A DNA stretch of 64,000 nt from Lama guanicoe (GCA_013239625.1 MU057202.1:1997101-2061100); one strand, 5' to 3'; counted from the stretch's first letter, positions 49,601 to 62,750 are shown. Numbers and translations are program-made. The notes: generated by a model not told the origin, from the letters alone.

Positions 49601-52123
49601 CCAGGGGACCACTGAGTCTAATGCAGAATCCAAGGGACAAGCCACATGATCTCCCAAACCCCCTTTGACCATTGAAAGAGACACTCCCGATGCTTCCAGG
49701 CCAGTCCCTGCGCCTGGGTCGTCTGAGGTCCAGGGGCTGACCGGGTGTGCGCTTCAGGGCCAGTGCTGACCACAGGGGCACCGGCCCAGCTCGTGAAGGT
49801 CCCCTTGGGGGGAACCAGCTCCTCAGGACGGAGCCCGCCACAGGATGTTTGCCAAGAGGCCTCCAGGTTGGGCTCGGGCTCCGCAGTGTGCCCGATGGAG
49901 TCATCCCTCCGAGAGATGCTACGGAAAAGCCGAGTTTGGGGGCCAAGTCGGCGTGCAAAAACGCTGAACGCTACCCTCCCTCCTGGAGATTCAAAGTCTT
50001 CCAGCACGTGAAAGGCTCTGAGAAGCCCTGCAGTGAAGGGCACCGGCCTGGGCTGTAAGACGTGCTGGGGTCTACCGCACAGCACGGCGGTTACGGGGAG
50101 TAATGCTGTCACCAGGTGCTTAACGCCGCTGAGATAGTCGATCTGAAATGCATACAGAACTTTTTGCCCAACAAACAAGGCGCACGCTCTTCAGTGATCT
50201 TCTCTCCCGGCTCTTAACATATTCTCCTGTTTTCCTCCCAGCTTCCCTCTGCTCCCCGCTCTAAACCCCGTTTTGTTCCGTGTTTTAGATGTGCCCTAAG
50301 TAAACGCTATGATTTTAAAATGGCTTGTCGCTAAAGGAGAAAAAGAACGGCATTTGCAAGTTCCTTTCAGTTTGTGCCTGTGAAGGAAGGGGTTGCGTGA
50401 AGTATTGATAGTTAACTGCTCTCTCAGGGGCGGGCTTGCAACAACGGCAGATCAAAAGCTGCTTGAGCATGTGTACGGGTGTGTGTTGGGAGTCTGCTCT
50501 GCCCAAAGGAAATCTCTGGCAGGTATTAATTTGAGGGGGTAAAAAAAAAAGAGGTTTTTTTTAAGGCAAGTCATCACTAGAAGGAAAAAAGGGAGAAAAA
50601 TTACAGCATGTTTTAATTGTGACTCGGAGACTTTATAAACACAATTTACACATGTATCACTTATAATCACGGTCCTGGCCAGAGCAATAATTATGATAAA
50701 TCCTTTGTCAACCCTGCTGAGAAGCCCTTATGAAGTAGTCGGAAATTAGTTCACATTCTCGACAATAGTTCAGTAAAACTCTGGTCCAACCCAGCCTCTC
50801 TGCACATGGAATTCCACACGGCTTGTAATCAGATGTTCACCAAATCACACTTTTTCATTGCCAAGCGCCTTGGCAGGTTAGCATAAACAAGTCTTGAATT
50901 CATTAAGTTGCATTTTTCAGTCTTCTAATTAGCTAAAAGTTGTACTTTTCAAACACAGCATGTCGAGAACCCAGTTTCAAGGTGTAATGATATGGCATAG
51001 AAACCAAAGCCAGTGCCTTTGGTCGGAAATGTTGGTTGACGACTCTTTGCTTAGCTGATCTTGGGTTGGCTCTGGGAGGTGACCCCGGAGACGTGCAGAA
51101 AGGGGTTGGCAAGGAGGCGCTCTTAACACATGGTCCTCCTTTCTGAACAGCCGCCCCACTCTGATGTCTACCTTTTCCAACACCAAGGTTTGAGTGCTAG
51201 AAATCAGTCCTCTAACACAGTCACCTAACGAGCAAATTGTTTTCTTTTTAATATTCCAGTTTTTCTTCCCTTCAGTGATTTCACATCAGCAAACTCAGCC
51301 ACAATCCAGGCCTTATCACGATCTTGTTGAAACATAAACTTGTCTCCCAAGGACGTTCCACACTCTCATCTGCAGAGCGTTCATGCAAAAATGACAGCAC
51401 TCCCATAGTATTCCAGCTCGTTTGCTTACATTTAGAGTTAAGGCGCTTTGGACCACGAAGAGGAGGCTCAGGGTGGGGACCGGAAAAGGAGACTCTGAAA
51501 CGCCAGACCTTAAAGACCACTGACTCCAGTTCTCTCCTGTGTGAGAAGTGAAAGCTGAGAGCCAGAGGGGAAGCAGGGCACTCGAGTGCACGGAGTGGGT
51601 GAGCGTTGGAGTGGGAATTTGAAGACAGTGATCACCTTCACTTTCCTGAGATGGTTCACATTCCTGCCCTCAGTTCCCACTCCAAGGGGCCCACGAACTA
51701 GGGCTCTGGGTACCACGCCCCCATCTCCCTGCTGGGATACAGAGGAGCGAGGAGGCCGTGTGTCTTGCCGCAGTACGTGGCCAGTTAGTGCCGACTAGGA
51801 CTGCACGTAACTCGCCTGAAGTTCAGATCACGCCCTTTTTACCAAATCAGAGAATCCTGGGGGGAGGGGGGTGCATAAAGGACAGGAGTGTCCGTAAGGC
51901 AGCGGCTTTCAAACATTTCTAAGAAGAAGCATTTTGCCTGGGTGTCTGGGGCCATGGAGGATGCCCACTGGCCTCCAATCACCCTTTCTTGCTTTCAGTT
52001 CTAGAGCCGCCTAAGTTCTGGGGGACACCTGTTTGTTGAGCTGGAAGACTACAAGTCCCATCAGTCTCTCCTGGCAAGTTGGGGGGGCCTGGAGACTAAG
52101 TTCCAGCCAATAGGACATAAGAA

Positions 52124-52606
52124 TGTGAACGAAAAATACTGCAAACTGTATCAGTAAACAAAGAGTGCTAAAACCATCAAGTCAGCAGCGGCTGCCGCCA
52201 CCCCCCACTGAAGACAAGCCTGCAGCCCGGCCTCCGCAGCCACTCACAGTGGTGCCCTCTGAGGGGACTCAGAATAAGAAAGGACAAGATACTGGCCCTA
52301 GACAGCTAGGTGCTTGTCAAAGGAATGAGTTCAATGAGCTCCCTCTCATATATAGAAATGCGCTAAATTCTTTAACTTGAGATATCTGGTTTTCTTCAGT
52401 TAACAAATAATCTTTCAATGTTCCAACTACCTGGTCTTTGTCGTAAAACTCCTGTCTGTCCTGGCTCCTCCCCCACCTCTTCGGAGCCGTCCCTCAGAAC
52501 CATCTGGGAGGCTGCCATCCCGGGCTCAAAGGGGGTCGAGTCCTCAGAAATGCCCACCAAATAAAACAACTCTCAACTTTTAGGCTGTGCATTCATTTCG
52601 TTGACA
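52124..52606 (+). mobile_element. ERV1 solo LTR, MER41-like (artiodactyl type), inserted in an older MaLR-like LTR
   Basis: TG...CA ends with a 10/11 inverted repeat (tgtgaacgaaa / tttcgttgaca) and flanks agaa/agag. AATAAA near the 3' end. The terminus aataaaacaactctcaacttttaggctgtgcattc...gttgaca matches my recollection of MER41_BT. Confidence 0.8.
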
Positions 52607-54239
52607 AGAGGAAGGTGTGCACCCCTCTGATCGGGTCCCTGGAAGAGGAAAGCGCCTTCCCCGGCAGGCTCTCCCGTGGGCTGCGCGCAGGCTGAGGGCA
52701 GGGCCCAGCCCGGCCAGGCTGGGAGGGTCACACTCAGGGGAGGCAGAACCAGGGGAGATCGTCCACTCGGCGCAGCGCCCACTCAGCCTGCCGCCCTCCA
52801 CGCCTCTGGCCAGGGCCGGGAGAGGAAAGCCACCTTCCTTTTGAGCCACTCTACTTTGTGTCCCTTTGTTGCAGCAGCAGAGCGTGTCCCTGACTAAAGT
52901 GCCCAGGATACACACTCACACGCATGTGCACGCACACACACACGCGTGCATGACACAAATGTTCCAGATCACATGAAGTGTGCACTGTGTTTTCTATTCT
53001 ATTCTATTCCATCCTACCCGGTTCTACCTTTTTTAATGGCTGTCATGCCTTACCCTGACTTAAGGACCCACTAGTGGGTTACGATCTCAGGGCGAGGGCA
53101 CCTGGAGACAAGGCACGGACACCTGCCCACGGCCCCCCGGGCAAAGCACTTTGTGAAAAGAGGTGGAAGGAAGCCCCTAGCCGGGCAGCTGGGACAGGCG
53201 TCCACAGGAATGCACGTGTTCACAGGGGCGCGCTGGGGGTTGGCTGTGGGAGCCGGTGGGGAGGTGGAGGCTGGGTGGATCCCGGCCCGCAGGGCCCGCG
53301 GAGGTGAGTTCACAATGGGAGAGGCGCTGGCTTTGCATCCTGCAGCATTAGAGCACCCCGAGCTTGCAGGCTGCGCCTCCCCACTCTGCAGTCAGGCTGG
53401 CACCTTGATGCTCTCGGGCTCAGGTGTGCCAAGGGTGAGATGCCTGGGAAAACCGGAGCCTCCTGCTCTAGGCAGCTCGCTCAGACCCCGCCCCCGCCCT
53501 CTACTTTCTGTTTTCTGGTAGTGATTTCATCTTCCTCCGGTCTGCTCCCGCCTCTCCCCACCTCTCGGCTAACTTCACAGGCAGTAGTGGCGTCGAAAGA
53601 AAGAACGTGTCCTTTGGGCTCAAAGATTGGCCACGTGGCCCTCGGCAAGGTGGGGGGACTCTTCCTCACCTGCAAAGTGGGCACAGCGCCACGTGTCCAG
53701 GGAGGACCAAACTCCAGTGAAAAGAGTCAGGCGGATGGTGGTGTTGAGCATCTGCTACGGGACAAGTTCTAAGTCGGGCACTGGGTCCAGCGCGCATGAG
53801 AGAGAAGACACACGAGGCTGCTGAGGCTTGGCTGGTTTTCGGGTTGTGGTGTCACCTACGATGGTGTGGCTTTTATCACCACTATGAGATCGTCGGCGCC
53901 TTGAAGATTTGGGGAGTAAATTATAAAATATTGGACATTATCCCATTTGACACAAGGGGCAGAAATATAACCACATTTTTTCTGCAGTAAAAATGCTCAC
54001 TATCGTGCAGAAAATTGAGTGAATTAAGTGAGTGGAAAGGACTCTCCTCAACGGCTCTTTTTTCACAAGTTTACTTAAAAGTAAAACATCACGGCTACCA
54101 CGCTCCATTTCTGATACCACATGACGTCGGATGGATGTTAGGTTAAGACACGAAACTAAAAAAAATAAAAAATAAAAATCTCCCGTCATTTGCCCAAAGG
54201 GCAGAACAAGCAAACACAAGACGTGCGAGACTTTTCAGG

Positions 54240-55200
54240 AAGTGGATGCTCTCCCTTTCACAACATTTTGGAGAGAGCGCGCGGTGAGCGCGCGGAGCAT
54301 TTTAAGTGAGCGTTGAGACCCCAGGTTTGCACTGGAGCCTCGGGCTGGCTGGGGCCCAGCCGCCAGGCCCTCCGCCTGTTGCCGCATTTGCAAAGGAGCT
54401 TCTCCTGGTGGCCCGTCTGCCCCGCAGGGTGGCTGTGGATAACGGGGCTTTTCTGCTAGAAGCATCTCGGCAGCGAGTGGCCCTGGGGGCGGGGGGCCCG
54501 GGCAGCGGGAAAGCAGCTCGAGAGGGCTGCGTCCGTTTGCAGGGCTCTCAGGGAGGGGCGGCTTTCTCCGAGCAAACCCGCCGGCAGCAGCTGTGCTCCC
54601 TGAGCAGAGCAAGCTCATGTTCTGGCACCCAGAGAGGCCCGTGTCCGCATGCCCGTCGGGGGCTCAGGGGACGCCGAGACCGGCCTGGCTGAGGGGGCCT
54701 GGCCCTCGGGGGAGGGCTCCGCAGGGCTCCGTCCCCATCGTCGTCGCCGTCTCACCCGGGGCCCCGGGAACACCCTGAGCAGGCCGCGGGGCATTCCGTC
54801 CCCCGGGGCAGGAGAGGCGACGCGGCTGCTCTCGGACCCGGGCCAGCTGCGGGCGCCTGGACACTCCTTCCCTTCCCTGCTCTGGGCTCAGGTGAGGCGG
54901 CAGAGCAGGCAGGTCGCCCCCATCCCCGGCTTCGTGGGGGTGGGGAAGGGCTGTCCTTCTCCAAGGGGAGCCGCCTCTCCTAGACACTTGGTTTAGCTGT
55001 GTCTCCCCCCATCCCCTCTTTAACAGACGACATCAGAGGGCACAGAAACTCCAGGAGGAGGGGGACACCAGTCCACCTTCTCGGCCCCTCAGTGTGCAAA
55101 CGAAGACACCCCGGGTCTAGAAATGTGGTCCGGGAAGCGCAGCTGGCGGGGAGCAGAGGCGGAGAGGGGACCTTCACCTGCGGAGCTGGCGACAGGACAA
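54240..55200. promoter_or_regulatory. CpG-rich island-like segment
   Basis: High GC and CpG by inspection; adjacent to the AT-rich, partly masked block. Confidence 0.5.
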
Positions 55201-55458
55201 GACCTTCATGGAGGCCCGGCAGCCTAGGGGGGAGGTTTCCATCTCAGCAAGAAAAGGCGTTCATTCTACCTGTTTGGGTTGATGGATTTGTCCATTGAAA
55301 CCCATTCGGGAAAAAAAATGTATATATATATATTTTAAAAGGACATTTAGTTTATTTTGAGTTAAAATAAACCTCGGTAAATATTTTTGTGATCTCTTCT
55401 TACTCTGCCACAAATAAAATATAATGAGCTCGACGTTTAGATAATCCTCTGATTTTTC

Positions 55459-55598
55459 NNNNNNNNNNNNNNNNNNNNNNNNNNNNNNNNNNNNNNNNNN
55501 NNNNNNNNNNNNNNNNNNNNNNNNNNNNNNNNNNNNNNNNNNNNNNNNNNNNNNNNNNNNNNNNNNNNNNNNNNNNNNNNNNNNNNNNNNNNNNNNNN
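55459..55598. other. N run, 140 nt
   Basis: Seen directly. Confidence 0.99.
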
Positions 55599-55914
55599 TT
55601 GACTTACTGCATACTTCAAAAATCCCTTCTTCCCTCTAGACCCGCTGACCACCTCCTTTATTTTTCCTTTTTCTTTTTTTTTTTTAAAAGGGTATTTGCA
55701 TTTGGTACTATTCAGGACCTTGGAGATGTAGATTGGCAGAGTGAGGTGGGGGGAGCTGAAACAACATTTTCCTGGGTTCTAATTAGAAGAATTAAATGTA
55801 TTCATGGTAAGGTCCTCCCCCAGGCCCCTGCTTCCCCACGAAGCAAGATGCTCTTGTGTGGAATGCAAGTGAAGTCGGTGGTTCATAGTCTGTGATCTCC
55901 GCCCCTACCCCGTT

Positions 55915-56102
55915 NNNNNNNNNNNNNNNNNNNNNNNNNNNNNNNNNNNNNNNNNNNNNNNNNNNNNNNNNNNNNNNNNNNNNNNNNNNNNNNNNNNNNN
56001 NNNNNNNNNNNNNNNNNNNNNNNNNNNNNNNNNNNNNNNNNNNNNNNNNNNNNNNNNNNNNNNNNNNNNNNNNNNNNNNNNNNNNNNNNNNNNNNNNNNN
56101 NN
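55915..56102. other. N run, 188 nt
   Basis: Seen directly. Confidence 0.99.
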
Positions 56103-56705
56103 GAATCATTTTTCAGTGCCGTGTGTGGGAAATGGAGCCCGGGCTGTAATGGGGTCGCTTCAGGGAGGCTGGAGTTTGCAGCCTGCAGTGAAACGGGCCC
56201 CGACTGTCATTTTAAATCATCCGCGAGTTTCGAGCCTTGGTATCAATCGCTCCTCGGATGAGCAACACGACGTTGGGAACAAAGCTGGGGAGAAGCGGAC
56301 AGGAGGGCGGCCGGCTCTTGTTTACCTCTAAGGTCGTGTTTCTTAAATTGCTCACATTTTCTTTTTCCACCCACTTGGATAATTCCTGCTTTCAGTGGTG
56401 ACGGAAATGAACAGGGGCCAGAATACTGCAAGCTATTCCCACGATGACTGCGGCAGAGACCACAGGCCAAACCATGAACGTGTCATGAGAAACGCTGGGT
56501 CCTGCACCACTTTCCGGGCAGCAGAGGCTCCCAGAAGGCTGGAGAACTGGGTTCCTCTTCATTCCGTAACAACATGGATACACCCAGGATCTGCTGTTTG
56601 GCATGGTCTCAACTTTGACCTTTATTTTCCCCATCTGAATAATGGGCCCATTCTGTCTTGTCCCTTCCTAAAGTTCTAAGAATCTCTGCAAACACATTCA
56701 ATACA

Positions 56706-56855
56706 TTTAAATTTCCATTTTTTTTTATTTTTGTTTTTTGGAAGGGAAGGCAATTAGATTTTTAAAAATTTTATTTTAATAGAGGTCCTGGGGGTGGAAC
56801 CCAGGGCCTTGTGCCTGCTAAGCACGCGCTCTACCGCTGAGCTGTACCTTCCCCG
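56706..56855 (-). mobile_element. Camelid vic-1-type tRNA-Ala-derived SINE, full length
   Basis: Minus strand reads ggggaaggtacagctcagcggtagagcgcgtgcttagcaggcacaaggccctgggttccacccccaggacctcta plus an AT-rich tail. 16-bp TSD aaacacattcaataca (56690-56705) / aaacacattcagtaca (56856-56871). Confidence 0.92.
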
Positions 56856-57040
56856 AAACACATTCAGTACAGCTGTGAAAGACTCAGGAAGCTGAGGTCA
56901 CTTTAGAGCAAGAGTTGTCCTGCTTTCTGCTCTGAGCGCCGGGCCTCCGCGATCATGCCTGGAAACGTCTCCAGCCCCTCAGGAGCCACTTCCACATGGA
57001 GTTCCATTGGGGGGAAACTTCAGGAAGTACTTAATTTGAG

Positions 57041-57615
57041 CAGTGGGTCTCAAATATTTTGCTCTCAGAACCCCTTTACAATCTTAAAACTTACTAGGAG
57101 CTCCCAAAGAGCTTGGTCTCTGGGTTATATCTATTAATAGTCACTGAATTCCATTCAAAACTGAGAAATGTTTAGAAGGTTTATTACCTTATTTTAAAGC
57201 AGAAATAATAAACCTATAACCTAAATAGTTCGCTTTGAATGAAAAATAACAATACGTTTCCCCTACCCCCAAAAAATCAGTGAGAAGAACGACAGAGTGT
57301 TTGAACATTTTTGCAGATCTCTTTAATGCCAATTTGTAACCTGCTTCTGACTTCAGTCTGCTGTAACCTCTTTTGACTGAAGTGTATGAAGAAAATTCAT
57401 CTCACACAGACAGTTGGAGAAGGGAGGAGTATTTCAATCAGCTTTCCCAGGTAACAGTAGCTTTGCTTCTTTGGTACTACACCAACACTCAACAAGTGGC
57501 AGTTTCGTAAAGGTCCACTGCAGTGTGGGATCTGAAGTCCTGTGCGTGAACTTGTAATTCTCTGTTGCATTAAAATCCACTGGTGCCTCTGGCACTCTGA
57601 ATGGATCTTTCGCCC
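57041..57615. mobile_element. Charlie1a/1b-like hAT DNA transposon fragment
   Basis: cagtgggtctcaaa...tctcagaacccctttaca...cccaaagagctt...cagtgagaaga...tttttgcagatctctttaatg...ctcaacaagtggcagttt...cattaaaatccactggt. Confidence 0.8.
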
Positions 57616-59544
57616 GAGAAAGGATCGAAATCACCACTCACCAAACACCCACCCGTTCTTTTTCTGCGTGACATCGCTGAGTTCCTGTCAGCGTTCATCC
57701 GTCATTGAATGGGGCACCTAACATAACCAAACACTGGATGACACACTGGGAGGACGTGACGCGGACAGAGATCGTTCCTGCCTCCGAGAGGAAGCATGGA
57801 ATACAAAGAGGCTGGCAGCGAGCTGGACGGGCCTTGGTGGAAGTCCAGCTCAGCCGTGCACCACGTTGATGTTCAGCAGTAAACGGTTCATGAAACGCTT
57901 CTTAGAAAACACTCCGATGTGGGGTTCAAATGAGTTTGTGAAGCACCTCCCACCTCTGAGAGTCTCTTTCTGTGTAACGGCAAGTCAAGGACTCCTTTAA
58001 GTCCTTTAGTAAAGAAACTTGCTTAGTGACCTAGCATCTTCCAAGCTTACTTGACCTCGAGCTCTTTTTCATGAAATGCCTGCTGGCCTCTTGAGGGAAC
58101 CTGAGGACACTAACCTGGGCGATCAGACTTGGCTCTGGTGAGGTCACCTGCTGCATCGCTGGCGATTCTGGACAGCTCTCCCCACCTGTGGACTCTGGGG
58201 ACAGTAAGACCTGCTCCGGCTGCCTTGGCCTGTGTCACGTGATCTCATTCTTACAGCAGCCTTGGAGGCGAGAGGCTCATTGCACCTGTTTTACGGCCAA
58301 GGAACGGAGGTTTAGGGAGGATAAGTAACCGAGGCTGCTCCTCTGGTTTGCGGTGGAGCCAAGACTCAGCACGGGTCTGGCCGGTGGACACCACGTGCCT
58401 GATGGTCAGGGCCCTTTATTTTGTCTTTTTTCTCGCACTGCATTCTTGCTTGCATCTTGCATTTTATCTGAGTTCTGGCCTCTTCGTCGCATCCCCGGCG
58501 GGGCAGGGATTTCTGCTCCGCGCTGGCGGTGCCTTGTCTGGGGGAGGGGCAGGGATGTGCGCGGATGGAATGGCCGCACTCGCGCTGGGAGTGTTTTCCA
58601 GCCACGTGCTCGGCTCCTGGGCCCCCGGTGTCCGTGCTGTGGTCTTCGGGGCAGGGGTGGGCCTGGCAGGCTGGTTGCTTTCCTCGTCCCTCTGTGGCTG
58701 TTTAGCCCTGAACCCACCCTGTCTTCCCACTTCACGCAACGTCTCCCAGCCCCAACCCGTGCAGAAGTCACGATGCAGAAACCCTGCTGCTGCCCAGGTC
58801 ACCAGGAAGGGAAGACGTTTCTCTAGCGCGCACGGCCGCAGAGCGGATCTGAACCATTAGCAACACAGACGTGATGCCTCGGAAAGGTAAGTTCCTTGCG
58901 CGACTTCTTGAGGAGCATATTCAGAAGCGTGATTTTATTCATTCATTTGCACGTATTTATTGGGTCTGTATCTTGTTCTCAGCCCCGTGAGTTATTCCAG
59001 AGAAGTTTAAGACCCCAGTCCTTGAATCAACTCTGAATTTATTCAGAGTTTCTTTGCTGTAAGGGTTTCCATAGATTCTTTTTTAAAGAAAGCCAGAGAG
59101 CTGATTCATTATCATGAATATTTCACCCCAAAGCTGCTGTCAAGTCATCCGTGTTTCCTAAGCTACAGAAAGACGCGTGTTAATACTTCTCTCAGGTGTT
59201 TATGAACTTCCAAGGGAAAAAGAATTGGAAAAATGAATAGTAATTTCAGGAATTTCCAGAGCAAGTGAGGCTGTGAGCAGCGCCTGTGATCAATGTGCAC
59301 GATTCATTCGCAACAAATCACTCTGCAGAACTGGGTAAGCCAACACCCTCAGACCGTCCCTGTGTGCCATGCGCCGGTCGCTTAGTTCATGGCTGTTGCT
59401 GATGAAGCTCTTCATATAAATTTGAGAGTGAAAAAAAGAGGGGCAGCTTTATTTGCTGGGAAAGCAGCAGCCAGCATCCCTGCCCAAGTCACACCGGCCC
59501 TTAAGATGTGGTTCGGAGAAAATTATCCTCCTAAAGACACGCCG

Positions 59545-59596
59545 GCACATGCGTGCGTATGTGTGCATGTGTGTGTGTGTGCGCGCGTGCGCACGT
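59545..59596. repeat. 52-nt perfectly alternating purine-pyrimidine tract
   Basis: Seen directly. Confidence 0.9.
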
Positions 59597-61689
59597 TTGT
59601 GTACACGCAGAATTATTTTGCATTGTTACAAAGCTATGGAGACATAGACTCTGTTTTAAATTACTAGTCTCTTTCAAATAGGGGACAAATTAAGATGACA
59701 AGGGCAGTCGTAGAAGCGAGCCTGTGCTGTGACAACCGACGAGGATGCAGTCAGCACTTTTCTGCACCTCATGTCTTACCATCGTCTCAGCAAGCCTGGA
59801 AGAGACCCCCACCCAGGCTCAGAGAGGGGAAGGGATTTGCACTTTACACATTGAGCATCCTGGAAGTAGCAGACTGAGGACCTAAACTCAGGTTTCTGAG
59901 TCCAAAGTATGTGTTTTTCATCACTGCCCTTTATTCATAAATCTGGAAGACGCTGTGGAAGAAAATGAAACTGAGAATGCATCTCTTATTTACCAGTTTG
60001 AACATAGAAATCTCAGTGGCTGAGGAAAGGGCGACTTCGGACATGTGTTCTAGATTAGATGTGGGCGGTGCTCTTAGTCACCTCCAAATTGCTAGTCCCT
60101 CGTTTTGCTGGATAGCCTTGGTGTTTTAAAATTTCTTGTTGTTTCTATTTTCTTTCTGTTTGTTTTGTTTTATTTTAAAATTATCCTAATAGGAGACGAT
60201 CAATTCAAGTTCAGAATTCTGACTCAAAATATTCCAGCCAATCTAGTCCTGGATCTCTAATTCCTTCTGCAGGAAGGAAAACCCCCGTGGCTTGATCGGC
60301 ACAGTGGTTCTCGCCCGGCGTTGGAGCAGGTTCTGTAATGATTTTATGACTGACTTCAGTACGTTACAGTGATCTCTGTAAAAAGCAGTAAGCACCACCA
60401 CCACCACCACCAGGCTTCACCCTAAAAGCACGCTCCCGCACCTGCGGACGAGCCGTGTGGAGTTCGAGAAGCAACCCGGAGCTGAACGAGTCCAGAGGCT
60501 GGGAGGATTTGTGTGAGCTGACGGCCTGCGGCGACCAGGACGGCTCTTAGAGAAGTTTCCCCAACTTGTTTTGCAGCCTGGGGTCTTACTACTCCTTTGT
60601 TGACTTAGCTGTTTTCGCTGGAGTTTGAAGGGGCCATTTTTGGGCAGCCTCTCTCGTCCCACTCACTTCAGCCAACTTCAGACACGACGGCAGATGTCCA
60701 CGCGGGGTTCGTGGAGGGCTGGCCCACAGGGGTGAGCCACGTCAACTCATCATTCTCTCCCCACGGTCTGGATTCCTGCAGGAACCGTTGACTCTTTTCT
60801 GATGCTTTTCCACCTTATTTACTTGGGGAAAAAGTACAGAACACATGGATATTCTGAAAGGTTTCCAGAACGATTACACTCGCTGGCGGGTGATCCTTTC
60901 ACATTTCTGCCACGTGGAACGCCATCTGGTCCCCCTGCCGTGGCCTTTTGGGGGACAATCAGGAAGGGAAGCTCAGAGACCACGTACACTTCAACATGGG
61001 GAATTTGACTCCAACAAGAGAACGGCCAAGGACCTCTTGACCTTCCAAGTTTGCCTCTTTATTTTTTTGACCCACGTTGGAGTCGGCCTGGCCGCGTTTC
61101 TGTTCTCTGGTGCTTGTGGGCTGGTTGGCGTTGGCCCTGGTCAGAAGGAGAACAGAGAAATCCTCAGGGAAAGTACAGGATGTGACAGAAAACTGAGCTG
61201 GTGAATCAGGGGTGGCTGGCCTCCATTGTGTCAAAAGTGCAAGAGCTCTTGAAGGTTGTGGGCAGGAAATGGCATTGCTGAGTCAGAGGAGAGGACCTTG
61301 CCCCATGAGTCAGGCAGGACCCACGGCAGACACACCTTGGGGCACAGACGTAGATGAAACCCCAGAGAAGGTTACAGCGGGGTTAACAAAAAAGAGAACT
61401 AGCGAGCTCGTTGAGTGTTATTGCGTAAGGAGCTGTCCCAAACCTCTACGCGTCTTAGGGAAAAGATCCCTTGAGCTGCAGTCTTGGGTGGGCTCCCTAG
61501 AAGCAGACCCTGGGACCAGGATGTGTGTGAAGGGGATTGACTAGGAAAGTTTCCGGAAAGACAGGCAGAGGAGGAGTGAGGAAGTGGGAGTGGGGAAGGA
61601 AGGAAGCCTGGCCAGGCTGAGGCTGCAGGCACAGTTTCAGCCACTGGTGTCGGCTGCTGGGCGGCCTGGTGCCCACAGCTGGTCCGGGG

Positions 61690-61895
61690 AGCTTGGAGGG
61701 CGCATGCGGCAGGTGCTCGCACTGCCTCTGAAGAGCAGATTGCCCGCTTCCCGCTCCCTGTTGAGCGACAGCCATGGATGTGGATTGAAATTAGCCACAC
61801 GTGGGAGTGTTTACACCACGGGGATTGGCCAACGCTACACTTCAGGACTCTTTTTTTTTTGGAGAGCTCACTGTTCAACAATGACCAGCTTGGTG
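61690..61895. mobile_element. MER63-like hAT-Blackjack element
   Basis: ttgaaattagccacacgtgggagtgtttacaccacggggattggccaacgctaca...ttttggagagc. Confidence 0.65.
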
Positions 61896-62199
61896 GACTC
61901 CTGCTGACGTGTGGGGCTGATACCCCCAGTGGACGTTCAGAGCACTTCCTGTGAGGCAGGCACAGCTGTAAGCATTTTTGTACACGTTAGTTCGTCGGGT
62001 CCTCCCGATCATCCCACGGAGAGAACACTACTTATCACCCCCGTTTACGAAAGAGGAGGCGGAGGCACACGGACGTCAGGTGGCTTGTGAAGGACAGGCG
62101 GCCCGTGAACAAGGGGCAGAGCTGCAAACACAGCACTCGCGTCCCAGAGTCTGTGCTCTTAAACGTGCAGCACTCAGCAAAGAAAAGTAGTCAAACGCA

Positions 62200-62750
62200 C
62201 AGGATTGTGCTGCATAGAAAATACTTTCCTGCCCAAGAAGAAAGCATACGTGTGGAGGGCATTCATTGCAACATGACTTGCAGTTGCAAAATATTGGAAA
62301 TTACCAAAATGCCCACACCTAGGACAGCTGGTGGAATAAACCATGGCCCATCCACACAGGAGGCCTATACGGCTGTAAGAAGGAATGAGAAAGTCTGTCG
62401 GTGAGTGGTGTGGGGTGACACCAGGGAACAACCTCAAGGGGGGGAACCCTGACTGCAAAGCAGGGCGTACAATGTGCCACATTCGTGTATTAATACATTT
62501 ATGTATTACGTCTCTCTCTCAGGCACACACATAGATACCACACACATGCGTGTAATATTGTCCCCCAAAGACACGCAGGATGGATAAGCTCCAAATAATT
62601 AAGGCAGTGCATTCCCTACAGGGAGCAGGGGTGGGCGAAGGGTTAGAGGCGGGAGGGCGATGTCCAAGTAGACATTTTTGAATAGTTCTGATTTTTGGAA
62701 CTAAGTTCATGTTGATATTTTCCCTATTTAAAAATTTAAATCCATAAGGA
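62200..62750 (+). mobile_element. Ancient L1ME-type fragment
   Basis: attcattgcaaca...gcaaaatattggaaattaccaaaatgccca...aataaaccatggcccatccacac...ctgtaagaaggaatgag. Confidence 0.65.

Noticed and set aside
56780-56855. Functional tRNA-Ala gene (also 11703-11780)
   Set aside because: The T-loop/B box and stems are mutated, and AT-rich tails and TSDs indicate retroposed copies.
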